Origin: a virus
Lineage: Duplodnaviria; Caudoviricetes
Virus record (IMG/VR): IMGVR_UViG_3300048672_000503
Coordinates: 1-58,070 of that record
Reading direction: 5' to 3' (one strand)
DNA: 58,070 bases
The position numbers and the translations under genes are program-made. A model generated the notes under the pieces. It searched no databases. It was not told the DNA's origin and saw only the letters and a list, made by a program, of their open reading frames with translations. Shown here piece after piece: positions 29,347 through 38,282 of the stretch. Positions within the stretch are counted from its first letter, which is position 1; every line of letters begins with the position of its first letter.

Positions 29347-29484
29347 TTATTGCCCCAATATTGATTGTTCACTTGATATTGGTGCTCTGTTTGATTCTAT
29401 GACAGAGCACACAACAAATACAGCAAACAAAAAGATAGCAAAACAGAAAAATATTGCAATTGAATCTAATAATTCTTTTAACAT
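29347..29484 (-). CDS. Small single-TM protein (45 aa)
   Basis: Manual translation MLKELLDSIAIFFCFAIFLFAVFVVCSV.. Confidence 0.45.
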   Translation of the reverse strand: MLKELLDSIAIFFCFAIFLFAVFVVCSVIESNRAPISSEQSILGQ

Positions 29485-29496
29485 AAATAATTTCTA

Positions 29497-29760
29497 TTAT
29501 CGTCTATCAATTATTAATCCGGTTTTATTCAACCAGAATTCAAAAGCAGATTCAACTCTTGCCTTTGCTAATTCCTCAGTTTCAAAGCAGCCAAGAGCAC
29601 TTTTTAAACCTGGAAGTCTTGTTGTTGCTCTATATTTATTTGTTGAATCCTTGGACGCAAAACTATCCCATACAACAGAACCAATTATGGTTGTGCCATG
29701 ATAGCCATCACTGCCATTAGAGAATCTTGCTGTTTGTCTAGCCCAATTTTAAATGCTCAT
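29497..29760 (-). pseudogene. 87-codon gene with in-frame TAA at codon 4
   Basis: GGAGA RBS then ATG AGC ATT TAA AAT TGG.., open in the same frame to TAA 29497-29499. Confidence 0.6.
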
Positions 29761-29801
29761 TTTGTCTTCTCCAAAAAATAGACATCCATGTCCATTGATG
29801 A

Positions 29802-30485
29802 TTAATTTAATTTAATATTTTGATTGCCAGAGATCTGGTTGTTTAGGCTTATTCCATTGCCATAATTCACTCCTGCCATAAATTCATTGAGATTTTGTTT
29901 TGTATCCTTCCTTTTTGCAGCAACAAGAGAAACACCACATTGCTTTTTTACAAAATCCATTGCCTCTTCTATTTCAGTTTTATGAAGATTTATTACTGCT
30001 AATGCTTGGCTTGATGAAAATTCAGATTCATCAACTTTATTAATTATCTCATTAACTCTGTAAGCAATTCTTTGTGCTGCACCATTTGAGAAACTTCTGC
30101 CATAGTTACCTTTTATGCGTTCCTTTTGAATTGACTTTAAAACATAATTTGTAATTAAAACAGCAGTTGTTGCATTTGCTTCTTTTCCAATTATGCAAAA
30201 TGTTGCTTTTGTTTTTGTTTTTTGTGATTTTTGTGAATAGCAGAAGCAAAAAAATAATTTTGCAACATAATTTGAAACGATTGCGCACCATCTTTCATCA
30301 TAATAATCATTTTCAACCTTCACACAAGAAACATCATTATCTTTAACATCAACCATCGAAAGATTATGCTTGGCTAAAAGGCCATGAGCCATACGCATGG
30401 CATTATCTCGTTCACCTTCAGTTGCGCCTTCATTTGTACCAAGTGCAATGAGTTTTTTGACTTTGGTTATGATTGCTGTTTCCAC
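29802..30485 (-). CDS. DUF2786-domain protein
   Basis: KVKKLIALG....EGERDNAMRMAHGLLAKHNL N-terminus. Confidence 0.75.
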   Translation of the reverse strand: METAIITKVKKLIALGTNEGATEGERDNAMRMAHGLLAKHNLSMVDVKDNDVSCVKVENDYYDERWCAIVSNYVAKLFFCFCYSQKSQKTKTKATFCIIGKEANATTAVLITNYVLKSIQKERIKGNYGRSFSNGAAQRIAYRVNEIINKVDESEFSSSQALAVINLHKTEIEEAMDFVKKQCGVSLVAAKRKDTKQNLNEFMAGVNYGNGISLNNQISGNQNIKLN

Positions 30486-30640
30486 TATAGTTCTCCAATC
30501 AAAGCAACTACTCTTTTTAAAGCAACTTCTTTATTAGCAAAGACAGTCACCTTAAAAAATATTCCTTTATTTAACTTATCAGCTAGAGAATTATTCAATT
30601 TTGATAATTCAACAACGTTCATATTTTCTAAGTTTTTCAT
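30485..30640 (-). CDS. Small hypothetical protein (51 aa)
   Basis: Manual translation MKNLENMNVVELSKLNNSLADKL..; directly after cassette RBS. Confidence 0.65.
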   Translation of the reverse strand: MKNLENMNVVELSKLNNSLADKLNKGIFFKVTVFANKEVALKRVVALIGEL

Positions 30641-30644
30641 GATA

Positions 30645-30745
30645 TTCACCTTTATATTAGTTTTGAGTTTTAGTTTAGTCCGGTAAAAGTTCTTACCGGA
30701 CTTGAAACAAATTATAATGCTTTTTTACAAAAAGTAAAGTTTTTT
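30645..30745 (-). promoter_or_regulatory. Promoter-hairpin-RBS cassette copy 4
   Basis: -35 TTTACT 30738-30733, -10 TATAAT 30716-30711, GTCCGGTAA/TTACCGGAC stem. Confidence 0.9.
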
Positions 30746-31283
30746 ATTTCAATTTTTCAAAAAAACTATCAGCAATTAAAATTTCATACAATGCCATAGC
30801 ATCATCCATAGCACGATGTGTCTGTGCCAGTGGCTTTCCAATGATATGTTCATACAATGCTTTCATAGTTGGACGTTTGCCAAACAGTGGTGTGTATTCC
30901 TGAGCGGTGCATATTATTTCAGGTGGCCATGGAAAGTCTAAGCACTCACACCGCTCAAGATCAAACCGGATTAAGCTGGTGTCAAATGGAGCATTGTGTG
31001 CAATAAAAATATCAACATCTTCAAAAACTGCTTTTATTTCATCAAGCAATTCACAAAAGCTATGTTCATGCTCAAGCTGCTCTGTTTTAATTCCAGTGAT
31101 TTTTGTAATGACTGGATCAAGCGGTAAATTGCCTGGATTAATAAGCCAGTTGTGTTTATCAAGAACTTGCTTTCCATCAGTAATCACAACCCCAAGTTCA
31201 ATTATTCTAGGCTGTTTATCAATTCCCGCCAGTTCGGCCAGTGTCAATCCTGTTGTTTCTGTGTCAACTATTGCTATTTTCAT
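30744..31283 (-). CDS. DEDDh 3'-5' exonuclease (Pol III epsilon-like)
   Basis: DTETTGL, AHNAPFD, HRAMDD; GAGGAGG RBS before ATG 31283. Confidence 0.9.
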   Translation of the reverse strand: MKIAIVDTETTGLTLAELAGIDKQPRIIELGVVITDGKQVLDKHNWLINPGNLPLDPVITKITGIKTEQLEHEHSFCELLDEIKAVFEDVDIFIAHNAPFDTSLIRFDLERCECLDFPWPPEIICTAQEYTPLFGKRPTMKALYEHIIGKPLAQTHRAMDDAMALYEILIADSFFEKLK

Positions 31284-31419
31284 TGGCTTTAACCTCCTCA
31301 ATTAAAATCTTGGCTTGATTGATTAGATACCGATTGCCAGATGATTTTGGCTGTGGTTCATAAAGATTGATGATTGCTTTTAGCAACTCAATTGCTTTCT
31401 TCTGCTGTTTATCATTCAT
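31264..31419 (-). CDS. Small hypothetical protein (51 aa)
   Basis: Manual translation MNDKQQKKAIELLKAII..; coupled on both sides. Confidence 0.5.
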   Translation of the reverse strand: MNDKQQKKAIELLKAIINLYEPQPKSSGNRYLINQAKILIEEVKANENSNS

Positions 31420-32522
31420 AGTCTTTTCCAGCCTTTTGATTGTTTTAGTATAACTTGAAAATTTCTTTTCACACCGTCGTGCATATGGTATTTATTGTGA
31501 TCATACCATTCCTGAAGCTCATCATGGATTGTTTTCATGACTTCTTTCTTTTCTTTTTTGTATGATTGTGATTCAGACACTTGTGAATAAAAAACATCCT
31601 TTATGACAACAACACGTTCCATTCCGCGCTGCACAAAAGATTTTAGTTGCTCTTGTGAATTAGCAACAATTGAATGTGGGTATTTTTGCTTGAATATTTT
31701 GTAACATTCTTCTTTGATCAACTCAGTTGAATCATACCTAACATACTCAATGTCAGGCACTTCTTGGCTTATCATAGTTGCAATCTCAGAATATTTGCCT
31801 GTTGCCACCCACATCTGTTTAGTCAACCACTTTAAATCCCAATCACTGACGGTTTGCCTATCACGTTCCAATTTTATGTGCTTTGGCAATATGTTGTAGC
31901 CATATTTCAAACATGTTTTACAGATGAATAGGCTGCCGACATATAAAATTCCTGGTTTGTCAATCAATATATCACCATATGGCGTTTCAATTATTTCACC
32001 AATTTCTTTTTGCATTTGCAAACAAGATTCTTTTATTGATTCAACTTGCAAATTATCTAGTCCATGGATGAAAAACTTCAACCCTTTGTTTTTTACAGTC
32101 AAGTTGCTTTCTTCAACTATCAGAAGCTCATCATTGAACTTCTTGTTGAATTTGAATTTTGGCAGCCAAAGTTTATCGCCATTGTGTATTTCCATAGCAT
32201 GATTAAGCCTGGTGAGCACTAACATTGCTATTTTGTATCCTTCTCCAAAGCTGCCAATTGAATCATCAGAATCATACTTGCTTGTGCTTCCAAGCAAAAG
32301 AGTCTGTGGTGACAAAGTTGTGAACTCTGAGATTATTTTTAAAATAGTTGTAGCACCATCTTTTACAAAAACATACTTGAATGGTGATTCTGAATCAATG
32401 GCATTTTGAATTAATTCACGGACTGCTTCAACAGCACCCCAATGTCTTACATAATCTTTGTTCAAAGATAATTCATATATTTTATCAAACATCTTATTCT
32501 CCAGATGACAAAACAATGCCAT
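31416..32522 (-). CDS. GHKL (Hsp90/MORC-like) ATPase-domain protein
   Basis: EAVRELIQNAID, LLLGSTSK, IGSFGEGYK. Confidence 0.8.
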   Translation of the reverse strand: MALFCHLENKMFDKIYELSLNKDYVRHWGAVEAVRELIQNAIDSESPFKYVFVKDGATTILKIISEFTTLSPQTLLLGSTSKYDSDDSIGSFGEGYKIAMLVLTRLNHAMEIHNGDKLWLPKFKFNKKFNDELLIVEESNLTVKNKGLKFFIHGLDNLQVESIKESCLQMQKEIGEIIETPYGDILIDKPGILYVGSLFICKTCLKYGYNILPKHIKLERDRQTVSDWDLKWLTKQMWVATGKYSEIATMISQEVPDIEYVRYDSTELIKEECYKIFKQKYPHSIVANSQEQLKSFVQRGMERVVVIKDVFYSQVSESQSYKKEKKEVMKTIHDELQEWYDHNKYHMHDGVKRNFQVILKQSKGWKRL

Positions 32523-32937
32523 TTTCAGTTATTTCACCGCGATAAATTCTGTCCATAGGATGAATTTCATCAAATTCCTCATAGGTGCTGCACCAACGTT
32601 CATTCAATGCATTGCTAGTCAACAACCTAGCACTATATTCATTGGCCGCAATAGCAATAAAATAACCAGGATAGTGCGGTTGGCCTGACCCTAAAGTCAT
32701 GTAAAACTTCTTGTAGGCAAAATCCTTTATTTCATCAATCAGCTTGCATGCATCAATCCTTGTCAATTGGATAAAGCCAGGTTCATCAAAACCCATTTTA
32801 GCACCAAAGTCTTGTGTTAGTTGGATCATCAGACCTTTGGTTGATCCACCATTGAATTGTGAAATTTTTAGATCACAGTCTCTTTCCCTTCCTGTATTTT
32901 TGATTACAGTTAAATCAATATTCATTTCATGCTCCAA
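32494..32937 (-). CDS. Hypothetical protein
   Basis: 147 aa ORF with GGAG RBS. Confidence 0.6.
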   Translation of the reverse strand: MEHEMNIDLTVIKNTGRERDCDLKISQFNGGSTKGLMIQLTQDFGAKMGFDEPGFIQLTRIDACKLIDEIKDFAYKKFYMTLGSGQPHYPGYFIAIAANEYSARLLTSNALNERWCSTYEEFDEIHPMDRIYRGEITENGIVLSSGE

Positions 32938-32960
32938 ATTTTATTAGTTGTAAGTTTTAA

Positions 32961-32991
32961 ATTGCTAACACCTTTAACCGATGTTAGCAAT
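32961..32991 (-). terminator. Hairpin downstream of dUTPase
   Basis: ATTGCTAACA / TGTTAGCAAT stem, followed on the - strand by an AAAACT tract and RBS. Confidence 0.5.
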
Positions 32992-33024
32992 ATTTTAAGA
33001 CGTTTTAATTTTTAAAGCTATACT

Positions 33025-33471
33025 TTATTTGCCTGTATGGCCTAAGCCACCCATACCCCGCTCAGAATCGCTTAATTCATCAGATTCTATGAACTCTATT
33101 GCATCGAATTTGATGATCATAGCTTGGGCTATTCTATCACCTTTTTTCACTGTAAGTGGCTTCACACCAACACCAGCATCCCTGCGCAGCTTAATAAATA
33201 ACTCATTGCGATAGCCTGAATCAATTATTCCAACACAATTAGACAATCGCACCGCGTTGCTGAAGCCTTGCCCACTTCTACTAAAAACAAGCATAACATA
33301 TCCTTCTGGAACTTCAAATGCCAATCCAGTTCCCAGTCCATCAGTATGGCCTGGTGTTGACATATAATACTCTGTATTTCCATCATAGTGAATATCAAAG
33401 CAAGCATCACCTGGCTTGGCATAAGTCGGTATCAATGCCGTTTCAGTCAGTCGTTTTATTTTGACTTTCAC
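33025..33471 (-). CDS. dut: Trimeric dUTPase
   Basis: ACFDI, RSG, GIIDSGYR, GDRIAQ, RG.GG.GHTG motifs. Confidence 0.95.
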   Translation of the reverse strand: MKVKIKRLTETALIPTYAKPGDACFDIHYDGNTEYYMSTPGHTDGLGTGLAFEVPEGYVMLVFSRSGQGFSNAVRLSNCVGIIDSGYRNELFIKLRRDAGVGVKPLTVKKGDRIAQAMIIKFDAIEFIESDELSDSERGMGGLGHTGK

Positions 33472-34004
33472 TTCTCTATCCTCACGATGAACTTAACATC
33501 AACACCAAGGATGGACTTAGTGTCAAAAATCACATAGTTGAACTTGCGACCATTCTCAACCAAGAATGGGTTTGTATGACTTTGGGTGAACACTTCTTGT
33601 GCAACACCAATTCCACGTTCTTTGAAAAATTCACGCCACTCAATCAATTCTTCAGCCAATACATGAACACCAAGATGTGTAACTGAATTGTCGCGGTGAT
33701 CAAAATCATCCTCCAACCAGTTTGGCCCAGATGTGTAATTCAATATTTCAAACTCACGTCCTTTAAATGCATTGTAGTTAAAGGACAAGTTGGCCGTGCT
33801 TTGCCCAGGATAGCCAAACACATCACCTTTGGCAACCACTGTATCGTCAACCCAGCCATCAAAGCCCATTGCATTTAGCAGCTCTTTTGCTTTTGCTGGA
33901 TCACGAGGGTTGATAGCTATTTGTTCAATCTGGAATCTTAATGGTTTTTTCATTTGCTTGGTCTCTTGTTTGTTAAAGAATATTTTGAAAAATTTAAAGT
34001 CCAT
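33468..34004 (-). CDS. VOC / glyoxalase-fold protein (methylmalonyl-CoA epimerase-like)
   Basis: IEQIAI..., EFEIL, VTHLGVHV, YVIFDT...LGV..KFI pattern. Confidence 0.6.
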   Translation of the reverse strand: MDFKFFKIFFNKQETKQMKKPLRFQIEQIAINPRDPAKAKELLNAMGFDGWVDDTVVAKGDVFGYPGQSTANLSFNYNAFKGREFEILNYTSGPNWLEDDFDHRDNSVTHLGVHVLAEELIEWREFFKERGIGVAQEVFTQSHTNPFLVENGRKFNYVIFDTKSILGVDVKFIVRIEK

Positions 34005-34671
34005 AGGGAATTATGCACCCAGTCAGTGCTTTGTGGTGTGCCTTGTCTTGAAGCAAAAAGCTGATGAATTCAGCAACTGAATTCGGATCAGTTTCTTCAC
34101 CGGCCAATATGCCTGCAAGCTGATACCGTTGTGCTTCTTCCATTGACCAACCACGCGTATGAACAACTTGTTTATCAATTGAGAATGACATCTCAGTTCC
34201 GGCAAGTTTATTTGGGCTGATTCCAAATACAGTGATGCCGTGTTTTTTGGTCAATTCTCTGGCAAGTTGTCTTGTCATGATTTCAGCAGCACCTTTGCTT
34301 GCATTGTACGCCAAGCTGCAAGTCATTGGCATATGACTGGCATTGGAAACAATATTCAAGATGGTGCCTTTTGTCTTTATCAACTCAGGCAGCAGTTCTT
34401 TGGACATCATATAAATCCCTTTGGCATTGACGTCAATAACTTTGTCCCATTGCTCAACATCCACATCCTCCAGCCAATTTATGATGTTGACAGCCGCACA
34501 ATTGATAAGCACATCCACATTGCTTATGTCCAAGCCATCAAACCTTGGATTGCGAACATCATAGCCATCTTTGATGTCATAGCCTATGACTTCATGTCCT
34601 GCATTTATCAACGCATTTGCTATACACAAACCCAAACCTGATTTGCTTCCTGTTATTAATATTTTGCTCAT
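33994..34671 (-). CDS. Short-chain dehydrogenase/reductase
   Basis: ITGSKSGLG, DVLINCA, YNASK catalytic motif. Confidence 0.92.
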   Translation of the reverse strand: MSKILITGSKSGLGLCIANALINAGHEVIGYDIKDGYDVRNPRFDGLDISNVDVLINCAAVNIINWLEDVDVEQWDKVIDVNAKGIYMMSKELLPELIKTKGTILNIVSNASHMPMTCSLAYNASKGAAEIMTRQLARELTKKHGITVFGISPNKLAGTEMSFSIDKQVVHTRGWSMEEAQRYQLAGILAGEETDPNSVAEFISFLLQDKAHHKALTGCIIPYGL

Positions 34672-34687
34672 TGTTATTCCTTGTTTG

Positions 34688-35608
34688 TTAAAAAAATGAT
34701 TTTTCGTTTGCGATTGAATCACAAACATTATTTATCTCGCTCAAACGCTTAACACAGCACGTTTGGCAAATTTTTGGAAGGTCACAAAATTCTCTTTCTG
34801 AATATTTGGTGACTTTGTCCCATATTTGAAGCCATGTGTTTTCAAATATATTGCCAAGTCCAATGGTTTGTGGAGAACTTCTTGTGTCACCAGCTGTAAC
34901 ACAACAAGGATATACAGTGCCATCTGAATCAACATATAGTTGATAAAACACAGCACTGCAATGCTTGAATGGTAGGACGTCACGCTCTGTTTTGTCTTTG
35001 TGATTTGTATCCTGCATAGAATCAGGATACATGTATCTGCTGTCAACATTGGTGATGCCTTTGGCATTTGCCCATTTTATGATTTTAGGCAATTCATCTT
35101 TGTTGTAATCGCTAATGGTAATGCCAAGTTGTACATTAACACCTGCTTCAAGCATGTCATCAATGCAATGCAGCACTTTTGACAGTGGTGTTTTGCCGCG
35201 TATTTTTGCATAAACTTCTGGATTGATTGAATCAAGACTCACTCTTATCCATTCTGCCATCTTCAACAGCTTTATGTCTATTGATGTTGGCACATAACCA
35301 GTTATAGTGCACCCAAAGGCAACATCATTGTCAATGTGCCATTCCATCACCTTGTTGAAATCAGGATATGCCATTGGATCACCACCTGAATAGCATATTG
35401 ATTCTGGTTTATTTGGCAATGATTCTAAAAAACCAAGCCACTTTCCAACATCCATCTTTTTTTGATCACGATTTGGATGTCCACATCCAATGCACCGATT
35501 GAAGCATGAATCAGTCAACGCGGCTTGAATTGATATTGGTGTTAGTCTGATTCCACCAACTATTTTGTGATGGTATTTTGTGATTTTAATTGCTCTTTGA
35601 TTTTCCAT
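34688..35608 (-). CDS. Radical SAM protein with SPASM/twitch domain
   Basis: CFNRCIGC (CxxxCxxC), SGGDP, VSLDS, C....YVDSDG.VYPCC..GNI..C..C. Confidence 0.92.
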   Translation of the reverse strand: MENQRAIKITKYHHKIVGGIRLTPISIQAALTDSCFNRCIGCGHPNRDQKKMDVGKWLGFLESLPNKPESICYSGGDPMAYPDFNKVMEWHIDNDVAFGCTITGYVPTSIDIKLLKMAEWIRVSLDSINPEVYAKIRGKTPLSKVLHCIDDMLEAGVNVQLGITISDYNKDELPKIIKWANAKGITNVDSRYMYPDSMQDTNHKDKTERDVLPFKHCSAVFYQLYVDSDGTVYPCCVTAGDTRSSPQTIGLGNIFENTWLQIWDKVTKYSEREFCDLPKICQTCCVKRLSEINNVCDSIANEKSFF

Positions 35609-35614
35609 ATTGTT

Positions 35615-36403
35615 TCAATACCAAAATTTTGATTTCATCCAAACATATCCAGGTCTATGGATACGCACCCAATTCAATATTTGACTTTCACTCAAATTGC
35701 CATCATGTAAACCATGATCCTCATCACCATATTCTTTTCTACCAATTTTTTTAAGATCATGGTGATGAGTTGGATTATTAAATTGTTTTGCCATGTGATA
35801 ACCATGAAGATTGAACCACAACCCTGCTGCACTTTCTTCATATCCACCATGCAATTTTAAAACATCATCATGAAATAATTTACCATCAAAAGCATTTTTG
35901 AATATTAGTCCTCTTGATGTTGATGCAACAGAATGTGGAAGGCTTTCCCTTATTTCTTCTTTGTACGCATGGCCACCAAAGAAAGACACACAAGACACAA
36001 GACCACAATCGTCATTCCCATCTAAATGTCTTAATGCTTGCACATATCTCTGTCCTGATGTTTTTGGATATAATTTTGTGCCATTTCTAAATTCCATGTT
36101 GTCATCAACAAACATATAATATTTTGACTTTTTGCTCATATTTGCAGCAATTTGTCTTAAATGTGATATTCTGCATGGCGATTCTTGCTCCATCTCTTTG
36201 AAATTCAATCCAATATCAAATTTAAGCAAAATTTCTTTTGCTCTTTCTGATGCATTTAAATCAAATGATCCCTGTCCAACTATATTGAACTCAACATCAC
36301 AATGCTCTCTGACATCAATGAGATGCTGCAAAGAATCATTTTTCAATATGTGATTGAATGCAATCAATTTATTTGTTGGCAGTAATAATGTTAACATAAT
36401 CAA
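35615..36403 (-). CDS. Putative GT-A fold glycosyltransferase
   Basis: LLLPT start, YYMFVDDN acidic motif, GGYEE. Confidence 0.55.
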   Translation of the reverse strand: MIMLTLLLPTNKLIAFNHILKNDSLQHLIDVREHCDVEFNIVGQGSFDLNASERAKEILLKFDIGLNFKEMEQESPCRISHLRQIAANMSKKSKYYMFVDDNMEFRNGTKLYPKTSGQRYVQALRHLDGNDDCGLVSCVSFFGGHAYKEEIRESLPHSVASTSRGLIFKNAFDGKLFHDDVLKLHGGYEESAAGLWFNLHGYHMAKQFNNPTHHHDLKKIGRKEYGDEDHGLHDGNLSESQILNWVRIHRPGYVWMKSKFWY

Positions 36404-36762
36404 TCCTGTTTTATTTTTGAAATTAATATTGACTCCATTATTGCAGAATAAACCCCATTATCATGAATTGAATCTTGATGTGTCAAACCACTGCTTGCGA
36501 ACCTTGCAATTTTTACAAGAATCAATTCAAATATTCTCCATTCATATGATAGAATCAACTCCTGTGAAATACCATTTGGAAATAAAATTTTAATCATTTC
36601 AGTTATTTTTTTATATGCATCATCATGAATTGCATTTCTTGATGCAAATGTTTTTGCCATTGATTCAAGCACATCAGCAGCAGTTGTTTTTGTCTCTTTT
36701 TGTTCACACCCAACCAACAAACAAGCATCAGGTGTTTTGCATTTTTCACATATTTCTAACAT
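36400..36762 (-). CDS. All-helical nucleotide-modification-associated domain protein (DUF1599/DUF6378-like)
   Basis: A.TF..RN..., VKIARF, HQDSIHD.GVY motif. Confidence 0.55.
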   Translation of the reverse strand: MLEICEKCKTPDACLLVGCEQKETKTTAADVLESMAKTFASRNAIHDDAYKKITEMIKILFPNGISQELILSYEWRIFELILVKIARFASSGLTHQDSIHDNGVYSAIMESILISKIKQD

Positions 36763-36773
36763 TTACCCTCCAA

Positions 36774-37226
36774 TCAATATTTATTAATTCTTAAAACTTC
36801 AGCCTTTATTCCATTGTTGATGTACATATCAACAATATCTTGTCTGTCATCATAAGCAATGATATCATCAAGTTGAATTCCCTCCAATTGCCATTCTATC
36901 ATTTCATCCAATAGCATGTCAAGTTTTACATCAAGTGATGGTCTATGATCACCGGCCTTCCTCATGCACAATCTATCAACTTCAATGCCATTCCTTCTCA
37001 TCCATTTTTCAGTTATTATTCTAAACTTATCAGGCCGTGCAGTGAAAATTATCAAGGCACCAGCTCCATCGATGATGTGTCCATTTACAAATTCATCGAA
37101 GATGCTATTAAGATGATAGTTGAGAAACCGCTCATCCAAATTAGCAATATGGTGCTTTATCGTTGGTTTGCGCCAACCATCATTGCTTATGCAATTATCA
37201 AGATCAAGTATTGTTACTTTCATCAC
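36774..37226 (-). CDS. HAD phosphatase (PNKP 3'-phosphatase-like)
   Basis: ILDLDNCI, FTARP, L.MR..GDHRP...K, YDDR. Confidence 0.85.
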   Translation of the reverse strand: MMKVTILDLDNCISNDGWRKPTIKHHIANLDERFLNYHLNSIFDEFVNGHIIDGAGALIIFTARPDKFRIITEKWMRRNGIEVDRLCMRKAGDHRPSLDVKLDMLLDEMIEWQLEGIQLDDIIAYDDRQDIVDMYINNGIKAEVLRINKY

Positions 37227-37984
37227 ATTGCCTTGCCATTAATGGCGATAGGTGCTGCTTCATGACGGATTGACCAAAACAATTCTTTGGCTTTATCCTT
37301 AACGGCTGTGTTATCCATTTCAGGCAAGTACACTGGGCATTCTTTTTTGCCATAGCGAGGGAAAGCACAAGTTCCGTGTGCCACACAATACACTTGCAAC
37401 ATGTCTTCTGTCCAAGGGTGAAGTTTTATCACTTCTTCACGCATGGAGCGGAAGACATCCTGATATTCACCCTGGGTTCTGGTACAAAGCCTTAATTTGG
37501 CACTATCCATCAGCGTGCGCAAATTAAATTTGGCATAGATGTTTGTTGTGATATTTGTTGGCAGCTCACCACGGGCATCCTGAGCGGGACAACCAGCATC
37601 AATAAGATCACCATAAGATTTTAAAGCAGCTTCAATTCCTTTGTTCCAAATTTCCAGCCATTCGTCGTTTTCTTGAATGCTTGGTGGCACTTCAACGTGT
37701 TGATTTCTTGCATCAACCACTCGCATTGCTTGCTGCTGATATGAACCAGTTCTGGTGCGCACAAATTGGTGGGTGAATGCTCTTGTTACATCTTCAACCT
37801 TGAATATGTAATCTACAAATTCAAATGATGTTTTGATGGTGTCCATCATATAACTTAAATGCTCTGCTTTCTTTTCTTCAGACCAATCAGATGGCTCATC
37901 ACGGTCATTAGTCAATCTGACATTTTTAGTCTCCAAAAGCATGTTTAGTGCATCTGGTGTATGTCTTACTATTGAAACTTTCAC
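37223..37984 (-). CDS. ThyX-family flavin-dependent enzyme with non-canonical active-site motif
   Basis: FEFV.Y.F.V..VTRAFTHQFVRTR..SY.QQ.MR, QDARG.LP, NLR.L, RLC.R.Q.E; GTG 37984 follows GGAG. Confidence 0.85.
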   Translation of the reverse strand: MKVSIVRHTPDALNMLLETKNVRLTNDRDEPSDWSEEKKAEHLSYMMDTIKTSFEFVDYIFKVEDVTRAFTHQFVRTRTGSYQQQAMRVVDARNQHVEVPPSIQENDEWLEIWNKGIEAALKSYGDLIDAGCPAQDARGELPTNITTNIYAKFNLRTLMDSAKLRLCTRTQGEYQDVFRSMREEVIKLHPWTEDMLQVYCVAHGTCAFPRYGKKECPVYLPEMDNTAVKDKAKELFWSIRHEAAPIAINGKAM

Positions 37985-37985
37985 T

Positions 37986-38144
37986 TTATACTCCAATTTT
38001 AATTTGTTTTGTTTCCACAAACAACTCATGATGCTGAAAGCAGCGAGTCATCTTGATGCTATGTTTTTTGCTATGTTTTTTTATTCTTCTGTAATTTCTG
38101 TACTCAATCCTTGCAGAGTCACAATGGGTATTTTTTAAGCTCAT
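37986..38144 (-). CDS. Small basic protein (52 aa)
   Basis: AAAGGTGA RBS; manual translation MSLKNTHCDSARIEYRNYRRIKK.. Confidence 0.5.
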   Translation of the reverse strand: MSLKNTHCDSARIEYRNYRRIKKHSKKHSIKMTRCFQHHELFVETKQIKIGV

Positions 38145-38282
38145 TTTGTTCACCTTTAATTTTGATAATGAATTTTATTTCACCAGGATGTCACCACATT
38201 GGTTGGTTGACATCCCTGCTCTGTTAATTTGTTTGAGCATTGGTGCTGTATAATAAAGCCATCCTTGGCAATATCAATCCTA

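Noticed and set aside
29497-29760. Stop-codon reassignment
   Set aside because: Single case; long genes are intact under the standard code and TAA, TAG and TGA all terminate genes
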